The position numbers and the translations under genes were made by a program. Of a stretch of 64,000 bases of DNA, positions 24,032-36,400 are shown piece by piece. Numbering within the stretch: position 1 is the first letter of the stretch; the number at the start of each line of letters is the position of its first letter. The notes below the pieces were generated by a model. That model ran no database searches. It saw only the letters and a list, made by a program, of their open reading frames with translations, and was not told the origin of the DNA. Source of the DNA: Octopus vulgaris (taxonomy: Eukaryota); assembly GCA_951406725.2 (NCBI GenBank), contig OX597832.1, positions 42,222,001-42,286,000 on the forward strand. The letters run 5' to 3'.

Positions 24032-27000
24032 TTTATTGAAATTTTTCATAGCTATTTAGAATGAACTGTCATCAAGAGATACACAGTCATCTGGAATCGT
24101 CAAAAAGAATCTGGAGTGATTTCATCACTGCAGATTCTGGACAACGGAATAATTATGGAACTGTTTATCATTGCATTTACATGATTGCACTGTGGAAAGA
24201 TGGACATAGCTACAGTGAAGTGTGTACGTTGACACACGCAGACACACAAACAGACTCACGCACACAGACACACTTGCACGCAAACATTAACTCTCTGAAA
24301 GCGCACCCCCCGCCCCACAAGTTGAAGCTGTCTGGTAACTGTAATGAAACGGTACCAGAAATAATGTGACAAAAATAACGGTATGTAGAAACAGATACCA
24401 GCATGAAAATTCCGTTAGAGAAAGGAACAGTCTTGAATTTTTTTTTCTTTGCAACATACTTCGAAACAAATGAATGTGTATGTATAGAAAATTTTTTAAT
24501 GTAAATTTTAGCATTTCTAATCACCATTTTTCAGCATAAATTCACTCACACAAATATATATTGAGTATTAATATAAATCTATATATATCTTATGAACATT
24601 CAGACAATAAATCATTATAATATTGGTGGGGCTGTATCAATTTGTTTATTTTTAAAGGCCAATGGCATGAAATGATTGTGACCAGGGCAGTTTCCTTAGT
24701 GTGAACATATGTAGTACCAAAACATTGAAAATTTGGTTAAGAATATAGAACATAAGCAACACAATTTGTTGCACAATTCTTTAAAAAAACCCAAAATACA
24801 TTAAGGAATGCTGCAAGAAAAAAATTTCAACAAGGTTTAACTGTTCATACCTACAGAAAGAACAAAATTCAGTTTAGTAGTTAAAACTGGAAATATTGCT
24901 AAATAACTTCAAATTTAATACAGGATCTTAAATTGCTTCCCCAACTTAGAGGAATTGCAACAGAAACAGGCTTAGTGTAAAGCTAAGTATAAGAAAATGA
25001 AGGCAAAAATCACTGTATCACAGGAAATCTTGGTTATTAATAGCTACAAAGAATTAGATCAGGCTTAAGAGCCACCAGATTAAGGAAAACCTACTCCTTA
25101 CTTTTAATTTAATACAGAAATAACCATTTGTATCTGTGAACACAGAAACAAAAGTTGTATGACCATAAGTAAAAATTCCAATTTTTAATTTGATCAAGAT
25201 CACACCTGTAAGGAATCAGGCATGCACCAGCCTTGAGAAATATCAATGGAGAAAGCTGGTTATACACTGAATTAGAGATGAAAATCTATTTTAGTACTTT
25301 GGCCTTAACAACCACTTAATTATTTAACAAAGCTCAAAATAGGTGTGACACTGGCATGAGAAAGCTGTCTTTGTCAGCAACAATTACACTTAACATTGTC
25401 CACCTTTCATTTTTTTTTTAATATGCAGATAATTCAAAGATGAACAGTCTTAAAATGGCAACCGACACCTAACCCACTGTCGTATTTTTGTTATCTCAAT
25501 CAGAAATAGATCTGTGCATCTCGAAATAGAATATCCTTAGTTCTTTAAGAGTGGAGTTAGAGAGAGTTCTACAAACATCAAAATATGATGGGAAATCTTA
25601 GAATTGTTGGGGAGGAGAGAGAGAAAGAGTTATACTCAAACCAGTTGTATGGTCAAGCACCACTATTAGAATCAAAACTTTACCAAGAAACTTTGGGGTG
25701 GGGAAGAAAGGAATTAAGAGGAAAATGATACTTTCAAACACAGAAAAGGAAAAAAAAAACCGTCCAGAGTCAGAGACATTATATTTTAGTGTTGTGGAGG
25801 AGGAAGGTGATGATGATGGTAAGAAGGAGGCAGTGTAGTTCTGGGGTGGGGTGTTACATCCAATTTTCTGGAAGAAGCTGGAATGATATACAAAGTCTTT
25901 GCAATAATACCCACAAAGAGGCAAGTTACTGGTTTCTCTAAATGAAGATTTTCATTTAGACACAAACAATTCAGCAGAGAAAAATAAAATTAAAAACGTT
26001 AAATTCTATTATTAGAATAAGCTTACTGGGAATGTGGTAAACAAAATGCAAAAAGATTTTAAAATTGAAATTTCTTTTCAATTTTTCAATACTAATTCAA
26101 TTAAAGTATAGCTGTACCCGCTTCAAGACAATAGTGCAATTTTGAAGTCTTGGGTAAGCTCTGCAGAAACTATAAGAAATTAATCTCTTGCAGTGAGAAA
26201 AGTAAAACTAATAATATACTAGTTATCAAAACTTAGACATATCTAGAAATTACCATTAGCAAATTATTCATAATATAATTTTATTTTATTTTAATTTTTT
26301 TCCATTTTTCAAAATCATTTAAGATGGTTTATAGATGTTAGCTTTTCCATAAAAAACTGTCACATGCTCCTCTTAGCATTCAGTGTCCCCAGAATTATTT
26401 ATATATTTCCTTTAACGTCCACTTCCACCAAATTACAGAAAAAGGAAATCACTTGTTTTAACTTTTCATTTGAATTTTATATATATATATATATATTTCA
26501 TTTTTTTTTATTTCTTTATATTCAATTTAAAATATAACAACCAAGGTAGGTAATTGGTCAAAACTTGGTGAATTGAAAAAAAAAAAAAAAAGTTTCTTTT
26601 AAAGAACTCAGTTGAAACCCCCATGTTTTTTTTTTAATTTTTTTTTTTTGGTAAATGTGTTTTGTTATATCAATTTATGTCAGGATATTCATCAGGAACT
26701 TTAGAAAGAGGGATAGCAAGTAAATAGATTCAAATTATAGAACGAGATATACAATAGAAAGAAATAGACAGTGAGTCAGTGATGCTGGCTGGGAGCATCA
26801 GTAGTTTTATACATATATCTTTTTTTATGTTTTGTTTTTGACTGACAAGATTTTGACAAATGAAATAGAAAAATGAGCAAATCAAAACTTCCAGTATCAA
26901 GAAGCAACAACGAAGATTTTAAGATCAGAAATGGCTGTTGCCTAGATATCTTCACAAACAGATCTTCATTTCTTTTTTTTTCTGTTAATATTTTTTTTTT

Positions 27001-27099
27001 TGTTTAGCAATTGTGAATATCTCATTCCTTTTCCTTCCATTTTTTCCTTTTTTCCTCGCCCTTTGTTATCTTTTATAATCATAATAATTATTAATATTT
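24032..27099 (-). other. Probable long 3' UTR of the SDR gene
   Basis: Follows the TAA at 27100. U/A-rich and free of SINEs and long microsatellites. Minus-strand AATAAA at 24037-24032 (another at 24650-24645). True end unknown. Confidence 0.5.
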
Positions 27100-27495
27100 T
27101 TATTTTTCTGGTTCAGGCTCGTCAGCTTTTTTCTCTTCTGCTTTCTCTTCATTTTCTGGTTTTGAATCTTCTTTCTTATCCTTATCAGCTTCTTCAATTT
27201 TTTCGTCTTTCTTCTCCTCAGCCTTTTCTTCTGAAGCCTTCTCTTCTGCCTTTGTTTCTTCTTTCTCTGCTTTTTCTTCTTCCTTCACTTCTCCATTCTC
27301 CTTTGGCTTGTCGCTGTCTCCTTCCTTCTTTTCTTCATCTTCTTTGGCATCAGCATTCTCTTCTGCTGCATTCTGAGCATTCTGTCCCTTGTACTTCTTG
27401 GTCTTTTTGATGACACCAGCTTCTATTAAACTGTAAGCCATATCAATGATGGTTTCTTTACATTCTTTTGGAGTTATACCAAGAGTTTCCTTCAT
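27100..27495 (-). CDS. SDR last exon: MKETLGITPKECKETIIDMAYSLIEAG plus E/K-rich tail, stop TAA
   Basis: Acceptor ttcttttTAG at 27497-27496, phase 0. Confidence 0.92.
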   Translation of the reverse strand: MKETLGITPKECKETIIDMAYSLIEAGVIKKTKKYKGQNAQNAAEENADAKEDEEKKEGDSDKPKENGEVKEEEKAEKEETKAEEKASEEKAEEKKDEKIEEADKDKKEDSKPENEEKAEEKKADEPEPEK

Positions 27496-30400
27496 CTAAA
27501 AAGAAAATTTAAAAAAGAAAGCGTTAGATATTTCCATGAATAAATTTCAACAATTACAAGTGATTATTGAAAATATACACAATCATCATCATCATCATTT
27601 AGCGTCCGCTAAATGGGTTGGACGGTTCAACTGGGATCTGTGAAGCTGGAAGGCTTCGTCAGGCCCAGTCAGATCTGGCAGTGTTTCTACAGCTGGATGC
27701 CCTTCCTAACGCCAACCACTCCGTGAGTGTAGTGGGTGCTTTTTACGTGCCACCCGCACAGGTGCCAAACAATGCTTTTATAATTCTGTAATCCTTGTTA
27801 CACTTCTAATCTAGACACTAAACTTATTCCAAATGGAAGAAAGAATTCTTAATTTTAAGCTATTAACAATCATTGAATTATTATTGAATATATAGAACAC
27901 CCCACTCTGAAATATTTGCAAGTTGTGATTGCTGCTCAATCCTGATATAAAACATTTATGACTAAAAACAGTTTAGCTAAAACCTCTTCATCTATTCTGC
28001 AGGTATATCATCATCATCATCGTTTAACGTCCGCTTTCCATGCTAGCATGGGTTGGACGGTTCAACTGGGGTCTGTGAAGCCAGAAGGCTGCATCAGACC
28101 CAGTCTGATCTGGCAGTGTTTCTATGGCTGGATGCCCTTCCTAACGCCAACCACTCCGTGAGTGTAGTGGGTGCTTTTTACGTGCCACCTACACAGGTGC
28201 CAGACAGAGCTGGCAAACGGCCACGGACGGATGGTGCTTTTTATGTGCCACCGCCACAGGGGCCAGGCGAGGCTAAACAAAATCATCCAAGTTTTTTTGG
28301 CGATAATAGTGTATGACTAATTACTATTTCCTACAGGTCTAGTAATAGTACAAAGATTCACAGTTTTGTAAGTTGATACATATTGGAAAAATGAGAGTAA
28401 GGAGGAAGTCTTAGATAGAAAGCATTGTGGTAAGTATTCAGCGATGAAACAAATGGGGTGACAAGGAAAAGTTAGAAACAAGGTAAGTGAGTTAAGAAGG
28501 ACAGAGGCTCTTATAGCTACAGCATGAAAAAAGTAGCATATCTGGAGGTCCAGTCATTGGAGAGTGTGTGTTGGTAATAAGGTCTTTTTCCAATGAGTTG
28601 AGTGGGCTTTTTCAGTGCTATCTAAGATGTTTACCTGGAGCAACAGCATTCTAAATATGTGAGCAGTAGCCCAAATAAAGATTTTATTTGAGCTTTCGAG
28701 TACAATCAGCAACTGATCCCAGCTGAATTATATTCTGGTCTCCAAAGACAAAACCTAATGTTTAGCATGTGATTTTGGGGAAGTGGGTTTTACATTAAAA
28801 AAAAAAAATGAAATTAGAAGGCTGATATTTGTAATATGTTTATTTTGGCATTACACAATGATCCTAAACTAAACTTTGCTACAACCAGAAGGAAAAACCA
28901 TATTTGTAAGTAAAAGGAATTTCATAGTTACCTTAGTATTATCCAACTTGAAAATTTTACCAACTTGTGGGAGATATTTCTTGACTTCTTTATCGTAAAG
29001 ACTTCGCAGTTGCAATACAAAGTTGGGGCAGTTAATGGTTGGGACGTTATAACCTAAAATGAAAAAGGAAATCACTTTATGACATACCCAATACCTTAAA
29101 AAAAAGAAGCAAAAATGCAAAAAAAATAAAAAAACTTTAATACCACAAAATTTTCAAAACATGAATTTTTAGCTCTTCATCTTATTTAAAGTATGGTGTT
29201 CCATCAGTGACAAGACTTTTAGGATGTTATGTATTTTAAAAAGTTTTTAATAGCATTTCTTACTTCCTTGTACATTATTTCAGAAGGAGAATGATTGTCT
29301 GCATCTAGTTTCCCCTAAAAGGCTTACTACTGTCTCCTTTAGTATCAGATTAACCTCGATTGAGCAAGCATAGCAAAACCATTTAAACTCCATCTTTCTT
29401 CAAGGCACACTGCACTTGCTCCCATATCATCCATTTCTAAGGCAGCAATGTGTGATTTACAGAAGATCTGGATGCTATTTCTGATAGGTCAAGTAACAGT
29501 GCAGAGGTTCCAACATTAATAAGGAAACTAGTTTCACCTATTTCAGTTCTGATCTCACAAATATGTAACCAAAACATGAAAATCCATTCTAAGTTTAAAA
29601 CTGTATTTGATGTATGCTTTCTTTAAGAAACTAGTGAAATCTGGTTGCTATTTCTAACAGGTTGAGAAACCCTGTGGAAGCTCCCTCATTGGCTTGCAGC
29701 AGTTTCCTATCTTAACAACACAATACATTGTTATTCCTCTGCTCTGTACCAATTTTCAGATAAACCTGTGAACTGCATTAATGCCAATGCTCATACTTGT
29801 GACATACTGATAGCTTTCATGATTATTTATTGAAATTTCATTATAGAAAAATAAAAAATGTTACTAACCTTGGGATTTAAACTCCTTGGCCAATACTTGA
29901 GCAATATCTTTCATCCACATTTCATTAGCGTGCACAATGAAACGTTTACCTGAAGAGAAAACAAATATAAATTTGGTTATTATGTCAAAATGGGGAAAAA
30001 AATGAAATGTGGTACATTAAACTAGTAACAGACATGACTTATTGTGAAGGTATGTGGCTTAGTGTTTAGGTTATTTGGCTCATGATATTTAGCAGCAGGT
30101 GTTTTTGAGCAAGACTATTTCATGTTGCTCCAGTCTGCTCAGTACCTGTTTTTCAAAGGGCTAGCCTTGTCACACCCTGTGTCATGCTGAATCTCCATGG
30201 GAGCTATGTTAAGGGTACCAATGTTTGTAGAGTGTTCAGCCATTTGCATGTTTATTTCATGAACAGGCTGTTCTGCTGATCAGATCAACAGGAACCCTTG
30301 TCATGATAACCGACGGAGAGCCAGTTAGGCCCATTATGAAGAGCAATTATAGATACAAGTCTACACATTTTAGGTGGGTGCCAGCAACAATCAGACCAGC

Positions 30401-33400
30401 TTCAGTACTCGAAATGGGACCGTAAACAGTCATCTTTAAAGTAATCCCCAGACAAAACATCGCCCTTCAGGAAACTGCTTGGTGTTCTTTGGTCCAAGTG
30501 TAAAATAATTGGTTAATTAAACCACCAATGTTGGTGAGTCAATCAGTTGTTGAAACTGACTGGTCAGCTCAAGAGAATAGACATGACTATTTCAGCTGTA
30601 ATCATACCATTTTTTGCAGAATATTGTAATCCAGACAACCTTATGCAATACACCCTTTTTAAGGCAGCATAGAATGATTTAAAAGCAAATTGACTATTTC
30701 TAGCAGATCAAGTGACTTTGTACAGGCTCATTTATTTGCTCATAACTTTTGCCTTCTTGTGTAGATTGAGCATTTTAACATTATTAGGACATTTTATGGT
30801 CCCTTATACTAATATATGATCAAAGATGTTATAACTGATCATGCTTTATTTTATTTATACATAATATATCTATGACTATCCTTCAACCATTTTCTTAAGA
30901 ATACAGGGAATAATTTAAAATTAATTGGTCCATATTTCTTGCAACTTGAGGCAGGTGCATGGATGCTGTTATGTTAGATGAGAAAGATTTTTCAGTGTTT
31001 AATTTCTTCTTACCTGCAGCTTCCTCCAGGGTCATAGCTTTAACATGAGCACTGGCCACATCTCTGACATCAACAATTGCAAAGTTCAACTTGGGAATGA
31101 CCAAACTGCTTCTCTCCAACAACACTTGAACAATCTAAAAACAATTTAAGAGTAATATAGAAAAATTTCAGATAAAAATGAGTCATTTACTTTCTTGGTT
31201 ACTAAATCCCCTGCACAACTGATTAATTTAGCCATATGCCAGCCCTGATAAATTATACCCACCCCATCCTAATGTCAGTCTTTTTGTATATCGTGAATAC
31301 TATTCTGCGTCATTTTAAGAGAATTTTGATATTTCTAGTAGACAATGCAAGCACATTAGATGCTGTGAGGAAAGAAATAGTCAAGTCTGATTGATCCAAG
31401 TGATGAGGAGGGTTATCTAGCTTTTAGCTTATTTTAAGTAGTAAAGACTGGAGCCTGGTGCAGCCATCTCGTTCGCCAGCCCTCAGTCAAACCGTCCAAC
31501 GCATGCTAGCATGGAAAGCAGACGTTAAACGATGATGATGATGATTAGGTGCAGTCTGTGTAGTAAGAATCCTTGCTTCCCAACCACAAGGTTCTGCATT
31601 AAGTCCCACTTTGCAGTATTTTGGGTAGGCATCTACTAAAGCCTTGTGAATGGATTTGGCAGATAGAAAACCTACATGTAGATGTGTTGCTTGTACACAC
31701 AGTTTCCATGTGTTTGTCTCCCTGCCTTGGCATCATGTGATAGTTGTAAAATGACTGCCACTGTCATTCAAGCAATGTCATCTATTCCCAATGTTCTCTA
31801 TGATCATGTCTGGTTCCTTTACTTGAGGACAGGTAAAAGCTGGTGACAGGTAAGGCAACTGGCCACAGAAAATCTGCCTCAATAAAACTGTTCCATACAA
31901 ACATGGAAAAGCAGATGTTAAAATGATAGTTGTTAAATTAAATTGGAGTTATCCATTCACTAGAGTATGTTATTTCAAGAGAATTATTATAGAAATTGAA
32001 TAATTTTATTAAAGTGTTGAATAGAAGAATGTGAAAAATAGGAATGTGTGTGTGAGTTCTTATATGGTATTTCGTGGTAGGTGTTGATATGAGCCAGAAG
32101 TGTCTAAGATAAGAGTGATGATTGGACAAGATGTTAATGTTTTTTTTTATCGCATGAAAAATATTTTGAAACCTTTGTGAATAATCCATAGATTCCATTC
32201 TTGTTAACTCTCACTGAAAATCTCAGGGGATTAGGAATGTACAATAGATAGGTGGCCCTAGATTAATACAACTATTATTCTATCTGTACAGAGTCAATAG
32301 ATGTTATATAAACAAGTAACGTACCTCTGAACTGTAGCATGTAGTTCCTGGCAGTACTGGGCCCATCACGTACGAAGGGTTAATTACAGTAAGCTCTATT
32401 TTATCTTCATCTAAAATAAATTGACAAAAAAATTGAACTTAATATTTCAAACAGATGAAACTATTTCAGTGAAATTCTGTGAATACATGGACATGCACCA
32501 TTTAAAATAGTCAAAAACCCCACATTGGGAAATAACTAAATTTAAAACCGTAGCTCTCATAGCAAAATCCTAAATGCACAACAAATTTCTTCAAATATGA
32601 TTGTAATACTTGAAATCACAGAAGCATTTATATGATAATTTGAAGTGGGGGTTGATTCTGGAGCTAAAATTATATTCATATTTTCACTTTGATCTTAAAA
32701 TAAAGAAAGATACTCTGAGCATGCCAGACTAGTGACTAATACAGAACAATTTACTTTAAAACACCACTTAAATAGTTTTAACTTTGCTATTTCCTACAAA
32801 AACATCATTAATCAGCCCCAAAACACCCAGTAGATTACTTTACACCTTTTCTTTTGCCATCAACAAAACCCCTTTGACCATTTCCACACCAATTCAAAAA
32901 TATACCAGCTGATAAAACACCCTCTCCCAATCGTTCTTAACCAGCCCTCACAATAAAGACACCAATGGCCTTCTCACCTGGCAGTTCCTTGATGTACTCC
33001 CAGCCAGCCTTTTCTGCAAGGGTCTTACATTTGCCATAGGGATCCAGCTTGCTAGGATCAGACCAGGCTTCTTCAGTGAAAGCTTTTGAATCTCCAGCAG
33101 CATCACCATGGCCTGCAAAACAAAATAACTGCCTTAGTAATACATTTCCACACAGAAAAAACATGTCAGACAAAAATATAGAAAAATAAGTCGTGATGCT
33201 CATTAATAAAACATTTGGAAAATCTTTGTTAAAACGTAGATTTCCATAAATTAAAAGGAAAACAATACAATTGAATTTTAAAGATGGTCAGGAAGTTAAA
33301 GAGGCCAAACAACTAAAACAGTATCCATTTGCCTTGTAAATGGAAATTACAACTCAATTCAAATCATAGATTACATTGCTTGTAACTAAAACCTACTGAA

Positions 33401-36400
33401 ATATTGAGTATGAGTTTACATTTTCCTACAATACCTGTATCAACTAGAACCTTTGCCTTCATTCAATATGCTAGAAATAGTAGCCAAATCCCCCATAACT
33501 GCACTTCCATTTTAAATAAGGAAAGGATATATTGGACAATATATTCTTGGGCATATCCTTAAGGGCATGATTGGAATACCTTTGATCATAGGTTGCCTTG
33601 ATCAAGGTTGAGCTTTGGCTAAACAAGAACAAATCAATGGATGGGCCCTTAAGTAAGTACTACAGCTATTTTTATTATATTACACTTGTAGTGAGGTAAT
33701 AGATGCTATTTAGCTAGCTTTCTTCTTGCTCTGTTGTACTCCTCCAGTGTATATAATCTTGGATATCTTTCTGAAACAAGCATTAAGTCATTGCAGGAAC
33801 AAGTCGTGTAAGTTTTAAATGTTAAATTCATATTCCACAGAATGCTACATTGACACAAATGCTTCACTTAAAATTCTATGTGAATAGGTATTTCCGTCTC
33901 AAGTGCAAGTGATGAAATCAAAAAACAGTCATCAAGTGATTAAGAAAAAAAAATAAAAAGGATAGCTACAATAGCTACTTCCTTTTAACATTACAAAAAT
34001 AGAAGTGCTTTGTAAGAGGAAACTCCAAGTTTTAAACATCATATAAAGTTTTAATCTTTCAGGAAACAACCACTTTAGAGCTTAGAGATGGTTAACAGAT
34101 GCTCATGGAGTTGGCTAGAATTTATTATTTCAATATGTGGAGTCCAAAACTGTATTGCTATTCTTTTGTCCATCCTTTTTTTTTTTTTTTACACCTCCTC
34201 AAAATAACGAGTCAGGAATTTTCTATAAGAAATATTTTAGGCTTGTAGCTTTGACGCTATATCTCTTGACACAAATGGCCATTTCCTGGAATGTCATCAC
34301 TCAACAAACCCGCTTTATGTCATCAGAGAAAATGACATGAAAATAGCAACTGTTGACATCATTGGTTAACAACCATGTAAAAATTTCGTTTTAATGTCTG
34401 GTATTATCTGGTTAGTTTAGCTTGGAATATGTGCCTCACACTGCCTATCTGTGTATGTATGCGTGTCATTTCAAGCAAATTTTCTGTCAGCTATGCTGTG
34501 GTTATTAACCTTGGCGATAAATATACATACATTAACAGCTAGCTGTAATTAATAAGAACACATCATTTAAGTACAACAATGGTACCGTGTTAAAGTAAGA
34601 ATATATGGTGGAAAACAAAGAATACAGTTTAGAAAATTAACAAGGTTTTTCATATTTTATTGCAAATTAGTTGGCCAATGTAGTGAGATTAAAGCATTCA
34701 GTTGTAAAATTTATTTGTTACCACAATCAAAACATTTCACTGCTTGCAGATAAAGAAGCAGGATATATTTACTTGGCACCATTTTCTCAGACAAAATATC
34801 CTACACATTTGTTCTAGAAGTTGATAAGAATCATACTTACATGTGATAGCAGCTGAAGAACTGGTCATGACAACCCTCTTGACTGACTTGGCGGCCACAC
34901 AGGCCTTCAGAACAGCTAATGTCTCATCGACAGCAGGTTGTACCAATTCATTATCATCTTTCGACTCTTTGTTGGGAAATGGACTGATGACATGGATAAC
35001 ATATTGGCAACCTTTTACTGGTCTGAAAGAGAAAAAAGAATGGAAGCAACCATAATTAGAAAATCTGTTGTTACAAGAAATGGATACAAATTTCTAATTC
35101 CTACTAGATATATCCTATCTGATGCTATCAAAAACAAAAGGAATAGTTACAAGTAAAATAAAGCTAGTTTATTTGGACATACTACATACAGTCACCACAA
35201 TAAGAGTGCTTAACCCATTTGCAACTGTAATGCTTAGTTACATCGTTTTGAAGTAATCATGCATCTTGTAGCTTTAAGACTTTGATGGTGTTTGTTTTGT
35301 TTTAGAATGACATTGTGGGAGGATTAAGAGACTGAATCTACCCAGTTTAAATGTAAAACAGCTGGAATATTTGAGCTGGATATGGCGGGTTTAAACACAA
35401 GATTCTTAATTAGAAATTTGACTAGTCATTCTTTGAAATTGAAAATTTGTGAGCCAGTGTCTGAAGCACATCTGTGATCCAATAATGTCATTGTTGCATA
35501 TCAGTTTGGAGACCATCCAGCTGGATAATATCAGTTTCAGACACTCAAGTCCAAATATTCAGCTTGTATCAAAAACATTTAAAAATTCTTTTAGTAACTT
35601 GTATTTAAATAACTTAGTCAAGAGGGGAACTTTGCACATATGTGATTTTGTTACCAAGTACAACACCTGCTCCACATTGAAGTAGATAGCTAGATCTATA
35701 GTGTAATATTAAACTTCAGACAAAAATTCACACACACACAAAAAAAATCCCTAATTATTTTTATAAACATCTGGTGTTATGAAGAGCATCTACAAAGACA
35801 GTTGGAATCTGGACAGCTCCCTGTCAAACTCTCCAACCCATGGAGAGAAGTCATTAAACAAGAATGATGAGGAGAGTGGCTGCTAGCCATAGTATACTCA
35901 TTCCAATGAACTATCTGACTAAATTCAGGTTTTTTTAAAATATTTTTCTGGCCATTTTTGCTTAATGTATTGTAGGTGAACTGTGGGACAGGAGCTAAGT
36001 AAGGAGTTAAAAATGAAACCTGATGGTGTCTGCAGTTTGATTTTCTTTTTTCATCCATAACCACTTGCAATTTATTTTTAGGGGCAAGGTGGTGTTAGAG
36101 GAGGGAAACCCAAACTAGCTTTTCTACCATTAGATATCTTTGAGCTGACAGTTCAATCAAAGATTTGCACTAACAATTCAAATAGTTCTACTATTGTTTA
36201 GGAAGCTGCAGAACTCATTTCTGGTCAAAACAGAAATCTTGAAAAGTCCACTGAACAATTTATCTCCAATGCAATAGCAACTGGATTTAGAAGCTGAAAC
36301 AGGCACCCTTCCCCTTGAAGTGCACCAGCTCCTATATTTCATGTAAAATTTAAAAGCTGTTCAACTAAAATAGAAACCTAAGAAAAATCAGAGAAACATT

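Noticed and set aside
24061-24527. ~100-aa ORFs on both strands
   Set aside because: No recognisable domain or splice context; they lie in the probable 3' UTR.
27000-27410. Hydrophobic 136-aa plus-strand ORF
   Set aside because: Antisense shadow of the GAA/AAG-rich SDR tail exon.
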